Of a stretch of DNA of 64,000 nt, positions 58,615 to 64,000 are shown in pieces. The notes beneath the pieces were generated by a model. That model saw only the letters and a program-made list of their open reading frames with translations, was not told the origin of the DNA and made no database searches. The DNA lies in NCBI RefSeq assembly GCF_963506605.1, contig NC_083287.1:57660001-57724000 (forward strand), written 5' to 3'. Both the position numbers and the translations under genes were made by a program. Position 1 is the first letter of the stretch. Every line of letters begins with the position of its first letter. This DNA is from Zootoca vivipara. Lineage: Eukaryota.

Positions 58615-60062
58615 CAAGGTGCCCCATTATATTCTTGTAAAGAAGCTGGTAAAATGCGGGCTAGACAATGCTACCATTCAGTGGATTTGTAACTGGCTGA
58701 CTGAGCGAACCCAAAGGGTGCTCATCAATGGCTCCTCTTCATCCTGGAGAGTAGTGACTAGTGGGGTGCCACAGGGTTCTGTCTTGGGCCCAGTCTTATT
58801 CAACATCTTTATCAATGACTTGGATGATGGGCTTGAGGGCATCCTGAGCAAGTTTGCAGATGACACCAAATTGGGAGGGGTGGCTAATACCCCAGAGGAC
58901 AGGATCACACTTCAAAATGACCTCAACAGATCAGACAACTGGGCCAAAGCAAACTAGATGAATTTTAACAGGGAGAAATGTAAAGTACTACACTTGGGCA
59001 AAAAAAAAATGAAAGGCACAAATACAGGATGGGTGACACCTGGCTTGAGAGCACTACATGTGGAAAGGATCTAGGAGTCTTGGTAGACCACAAACTTGAC
59101 ATGAGTCAGCAGTGTGATGCAGCAGCTAAAAAAGCCAATGCAATTATGGGCTGCATCAATAGTATAGCGTCTAGATCAAGGGAAGTAATAGTACCACTGT
59201 ATTCTGCTCTGGTCAGACCTCACCTGAAGTACTGTGTCCAGTTCTGGGCACCACAGTTCAAGAAGGATACTGACAAGCTGGAACGTGTCCAGAAGAGGGC
59301 AACCAAAATGGTCAAGGGCCTGGAAACGATGCCTTATGAGGAACGGCTTAGGGACCTGGGTATGTTTAGCCCGGCGAAGAGAAGGTTAAGGGGTGATATG
59401 ATAAAGGTAAAGGGACCCCTGACCATTAGGTCCAGTCGTGACCGACTCTGGGGTTGCGCGCTCATCTCGCATTATTGGCCGAGGGAGCCGGCGTATAGCT
59501 TCCAGGTCATGTGGCCAGCATGACAAAGCCGCTTCTGGCAAACCAGAGCAGCACATGGAAACGCCGTTTACCTTCCCGCTGTAGCGGTTCCTATTTATCT
59601 ACTTGCATTTTGAGGTGCTTTCGAACTGCTAGGTTGGCAGGAGCTGGGACCAAGCAACGGGAGCTCACCCCGTCACAGGGATTCGAACCGCTGACCTTCT
59701 GATCAGCAAGCCCTAGGCTCAGTGGTTTAACCATGTTCAAATATATAAAAGGATGTCATATAGAGGAGGGAGAAAGGTTGTTTTCTGCTGCTCCAGAGAA
59801 GCGGACACGGAGCAATGGATTCAAACTACAAGAAAGAAGATTCCACCTAAACATTAGAAAGAACTTCCTTACAGTAAGAGATGTTCGGCAGTGGAATTTG
59901 CTACCAAGGAGTGTGGTGGAGTCTCCTTCTTTGGAGGTCTTTAAGCAGAGGCTTGACAGGCATATGTCAAGAATGCTTTGGTGGTGTTTCCTGCTTGGCA
60001 GGGGGTTGGACTGGATGGCCCTTGTGGTCTCTTCCGACTCTACGATTCTATGATTCTATGAC
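58615..60062 (+). mobile_element. CR1 LINE 3' portion (RT C-terminal half + 3' UTR) interrupted by a Sauria SINE
   Basis: ORFs 58619, 59029 and 59733 ([18 protein letters not shown]) and (TTCTATGA) tail. Confidence 0.95.
59403..59731 (-). mobile_element. Sauria SINE inserted in CR1
   Basis: Splits CR1 ggtgatatgata|...|catgttcaaa. Confidence 0.9.
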
Positions 60063-60285
60063 AGCATTAACACCCCAAGAAGGCCTTGCTTCTCCCATGG
60101 CCAAAGCCTTGGATCCAAGCAGAAATCAAGCATGGCTTTTTCTCTGCCTTTCCGGCCTGCAGCTTTTGCCTCCAGCTTCTAGCTCACCGTTCAACTCTCA
60201 ACTCTTCCCTTTTGTCTTTCTAACTAACCAGGAAGGGAGCCCATCTGTTTGCCCTCTGGCACAGAGCTACACCCTTTGTTTCCTT

Positions 60286-61510
60286 GTTGTTGTTGTTGTT
60301 TAGTCGTTTAGTTGTGTCCGACTCTTCGTGACCCCATGGACCATAGCACGCCAGGCACTCCTGTCTTGCACTGCCTCCCGTAGTTTGGTCAAACTCATGT
60401 TCGTAGCTTCGAGAACACTGTCCAACCATCTTGTCCTCTGTCGTCCCCTTCTCCTAGTGCCCTCAATCTTTCCCAACATCAGGGTCTTTTCCAAGGATTC
60501 TTCTCTTCTCATGAGGTGGCCAAAGTATTGGAGCCTCAGCTTCACGATCTGTCCTTCCAGGGAGCACTCCGGGCTGATTTCCTTAAGAATTGATAGGTTT
60601 GATCTTCTAGCAGTCCATGGGACTCTCAAGAGTCTCCTCCAGCACCATAATTCAAAAGCATCAATTCTTCGGCGATCAGCCTTCTTTATGGTCCAGCTCT
60701 CACTTCCATACATCACTACTGGAAAAACCATAGCTTTAACTATACGGACCTTTGTCGGCAAGGTGATGTCTCTGCTTTTTAAGATGCTGTCTAGGTTTGT
60801 CATTGCTTTTCTCCCAAGAAGCAGGCGTCTTTTAATTTCGTGACTGCTGTCACCATCTGCAGTGATCAAGGAGCCCAAGAAAGTAAAATCTCTCACTGCC
60901 TCCATTTCTTCCCCTTCTATTTGCCAGGAGGTGATGGGACCAGTGGCCATGATCTTGGTTTTTTTGATGTTCAGCTTCAGACCATATTTTGCGCTCTCCT
61001 CTTTCACCCTCATTAAAAGGTTCTTTAATTCCTCCTCACTTTCTGCCATCAAGGTTGTGTCATCTGCATATCTGAAGTTGTTGATATTTCTTCCGGCAAT
61101 CTTAATTCCTGCTTGGGATTCATCTAGTCCAGCCTTTCGCATGATGAATTCTGCATATAAGTTAAATAAGCAGGGAGACAATATACAACCTTGTCGTAAT
61201 CCTTTCCCAATTTTGAACCAATCAGTTGTTCCATATCCAGTTCTAACTGTAGCTTCTTGTCCCACATAGAGATTTCTCAGGAGACAGAGAACTTGCCATA
61301 GTTTGCTGTGGTCGACACAGTCAAAGGCTTTTGCATAGTCAATGAAGCAGAAGTAGACGTTTTTCTGGAACTCTCTAGCTTTCTCCATAATCCAGCGCAT
61401 GTTTGCTATTTGGTCTCTGGTTCCTCTGCCCTTTCGAAATCCAGCTTGCACTTCTGGGAGTTCTCGGTCCACATACTGCCTAAGCCTGCCTTGTAGAATT
61501 TTAAGCATAA
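60286..61510 (-). mobile_element. BovB (RTE) LINE, 5'-truncated, uninterrupted 402-aa RT ORF
   Basis: FIDYAKAFD, RQGCILSP, YADD and BovB C-terminus HGVTKSRTQLND; (CAA)n tail; 13-bp TSD cctttgtttcctt (60273-60285 and 61511-61523). Confidence 0.96.
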
Positions 61511-63339
61511 CCTTTGTTTCCTTAAGGGCTCCTACTTAGCAGGCCATCAGCAGGCTGGCCTGGCTATCTCAGCAATTGGATCCATGCTGGTTGCAGGAAT
61601 TAGAAGGGGAAGCATTTGGCATTTGTATGTTGTCTGTTGTCAATGGAGCGCGCCTTCAGGGGTGAAGTCAGATTGCTGCATTAGCAGCCTGGAGGTGACC
61701 TCTCAGGGGTGCAAGCCTGGGCAGTGTGCCTGGAGGTCCTGGGCTCCCCCCTCTCAGCCTCGCTGATGGGGTCCAAAGGAAAACAGAGCAAGATGTTTGG
61801 CCCCAGGAGGCGTACAAGGCACCATGCAACCGTCTTAGGGACTCCACTCTGGAATTGTGTAGGGTTTATTCCTGAGCCCTTTCTTCTTCCAGAGATGTCC
61901 CACAAGGCAACAGAGGTTTCTCCTTCTCCTAGTTGGGCTCCCTTCCCTCTACAACAAGTGCAGAAACCGCCTGCTTGAATGTTGAACCCACTCTTGGTCT
62001 CGCACACGCCATCCGCCGGAGTCTGTCTTCGCACACAGGGAAAGCCCCCAACTCACTGAGGGTTTGAGAGTCATTGGCTCCCCTCACCTGGTCTAGCTGG
62101 CCAGTTGAAGCCCTTCCCGTGATGTGGCCGCTGTCTCATGCCGGCAGCATTTGGGAACCACAGGTGGGAGTGAAGCTTAGGGACCAAAGGGGAACAAACT
62201 ATCCCAGAAGGAGCATGACCCAGAGGTATGACCCCTCCCCTAACACCCCATTCAGCCTAATCCCCCCTCCTGCAAATCAAAGAATTCTAGACTTGGAAGG
62301 GATCCCAGGGGTCATCTAGTCCAGCCCCCTGCAATGCAGGAATCTCAGCTAAAGCACCCATGACAGATGGCCACCCAGCCACTCAGTGGTGACCTTGGGG
62401 GGGGGCAGTCTCTGCCCTTCTCTCAGCCCCACCACCGGCCTCAGCGTGTCTTCGTGGGAATTAAAGGAGGAGGAGGGGGGGAGCAGATAAGCAACTCCAA
62501 GCTCCAGGGAGGGAACAGTGGGAAATAAATGCAATGAACAGACAGACAAAGACTTTATTTTGTCTGTCTGGAGAAGGAGCGAGGCTGATTGGCGAAATGC
62601 TGCTGGGAAGATTTCTCCTCTGCTTCTTGCATCACCCTGAGAGAGGCGGCCCAGGCCTTCTCCAACTTGCCAAGGCCACTTGCCCAAGAGCCAAGGCTCC
62701 GGATCAGCACCATACCGTGGCAGGGCCTGCAGATGGCAGGGAGGGGGGCGGTGTGCCAAATCTGCTCCTGCTCCCCCTTGTCAAGGACAAAACTCTCTGC
62801 CTAGTCACACACAGGAAGGTCTCTGCTGGGATCAAAAGCCTTAAACCAAACACACGTTTCATTGGAGAGGCAGCGGCCGTAACCCAAGGCCACCCAGTGA
62901 GCTTCATGGCCAGCTGGGGATTTGAACCCTGGTCTCTGCCACATCCTAGCCCGACACTCTAACCCTTACTCCACACTGCCTCGCTCTCGATTGCCTGCTT
63001 CTGGCTCGCAGATTGCTTTATCCTACAAAATCTTAATAGGTCACTGGGGCAGGGTGGGTGGGTGGGGGATAGACCTCTGGAGTGCCCCTCCCAACGCTAC
63101 AATCCTGTGGTCTTGTGTGTGGCATTGAGGACACCCCCAGTTCCGGGGGGGGGGGCGCGCTATTGGGCCGTCACTCAGTTGTAGAGCCTTGCAAGCAGAA
63201 GGTTCAAACCTCAGCATCTCCTGATCGGATAGGTCAGTGGTCTGACTTGATGCAAAGCCTTTTCCCTACGTTAATAGCTCAGCCCTTTATTCGGGATCAT
63301 GAAGACTAGAATATTTAGAGGACTGGCTGGGCAGAGCTA

Positions 63340-63588
63340 ACAGCCCAACCCTTGGCGAGCCGCTGCTGCTGCTGCCGGTCAGTGTGGCCCCCACTGAGCT
63401 ATATTGGCTCGGCGAGGTCAGGCATCTCGGCGCGCTCCTCTCGGCGCAGCGCAGCAGAGGAAAGCGGCGCGGGGAGGGCAGAGAGCTCTTGCCAGGAGCC
63501 GCCACCGTCGCCGCGGCTTCTCCTGCAGCTGCAGGAAGTGGATAGTGGAACCTCCCCGAGGCTGCGGTTGCGGTTGCTGCTGCTGTTG

Positions 63589-63623
<35 letters not shown>

Positions 63624-63960
63624 GGATGTCTTGCAACAAACCTCGCGCGGCGCCGTTGCTGGGCGAAGCTGAGGAGGAGCGCGGAGCTGCCGCCGCCGCT
63701 GCTGCAAAAGGTACGTTGTTGCAGCAAATAAAAGGCGAGGAAGGGAGGCAGCGCCGGCCCTCCCCTCCCCTCCGCCAACCCTGCGGGCCGGATCCTGCCT
63801 GCAGTGCCTCGTGCAAAGCGGAGCAGCAGCAGCAGCAGCCCGGGCACGGTGAGGCACTGCTAGGGTGGGAGGGGGTGCCCCCCCCCGCAGCTGCCGTGTG
63901 AACGGAGCGTGCGTGGGGAAGGCGATCCGGAGCAAGGCTATTTTTTTATTGGGGGGGGGG
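63340..63960 (+). promoter_or_regulatory. CpG-island promoter/first exon of an unidentified downstream gene
   Basis: High CpG, ATTGG at ~63403, ETS CAGGAAGTG at ~63532, (GCCT)n and (GCA)n, donors AAG|gtacgt (63710) and ACG|gtgagg (63848). Confidence 0.6.
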
Positions 63961-64000
63961 TGTTGGATAGAAGCAGAGGACCCCCCCCCTCCAGTCTTCC

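Noticed and set aside
61620-62200. Possible RTE 5' UTR fragment
   Set aside because: It looks repeat-like, but I cannot support family or boundaries from the sequence alone.

Overview
Vertebrate (squamate reptile, probably lacertid lizard) genomic DNA, judged from Sauria SINE, BovB, CR1, L2 and Penelope repeats. It is syntenic with human 7q36.1. Gene models were built by hand from splice sites and frames. (1) RARRES2/chemerin, minus strand, exons 6188-6024, 4580-4476, 2113-2009, 1358-1245, ~162 aa. (2) An unnamed C2H2 zinc-finger gene, plus strand, with a CpG-island promoter at ~10.4-11.2 kb. Its KRAB-A exon is frameshifted, so the likely start is an internal ATG (16641); it has two KRAB-B-like exons, 7 fingers and a Pro/polyQ tail (~628 aa). 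(3) REPIN1 with an intact KRAB-A+B (32630-32653, 34189-34315, 35086-35190, 37208-38691; ~579 aa). (4) ZNF775 with only a KRAB-B relic (48396-48477, 50366-51993; ~569 aa). A further CpG-island promoter/first exon lies at the right edge. Introns and intergenic DNA are dense with nested TEs: three non-autonomous Helitrons, L1, RTE, BovB, CR1, L2, Penelope, Tc1/mariner and hAT MITEs, a solo LTR and tRNA-derived SINEs. Best leads: three adjacent paralogues at different stages of KRAB loss, with the ancestral start now an overlapping uORF in one; Helitrons with shared ends but different cargo; palindromic MITEs carrying the same ZNF143/THAP11 motif seen in the host promoters; and a tRNA-Lys SINE sitting on the REPIN1 splice donor. 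No searches were run, so orthology and TE family calls rest on recalled sequences.
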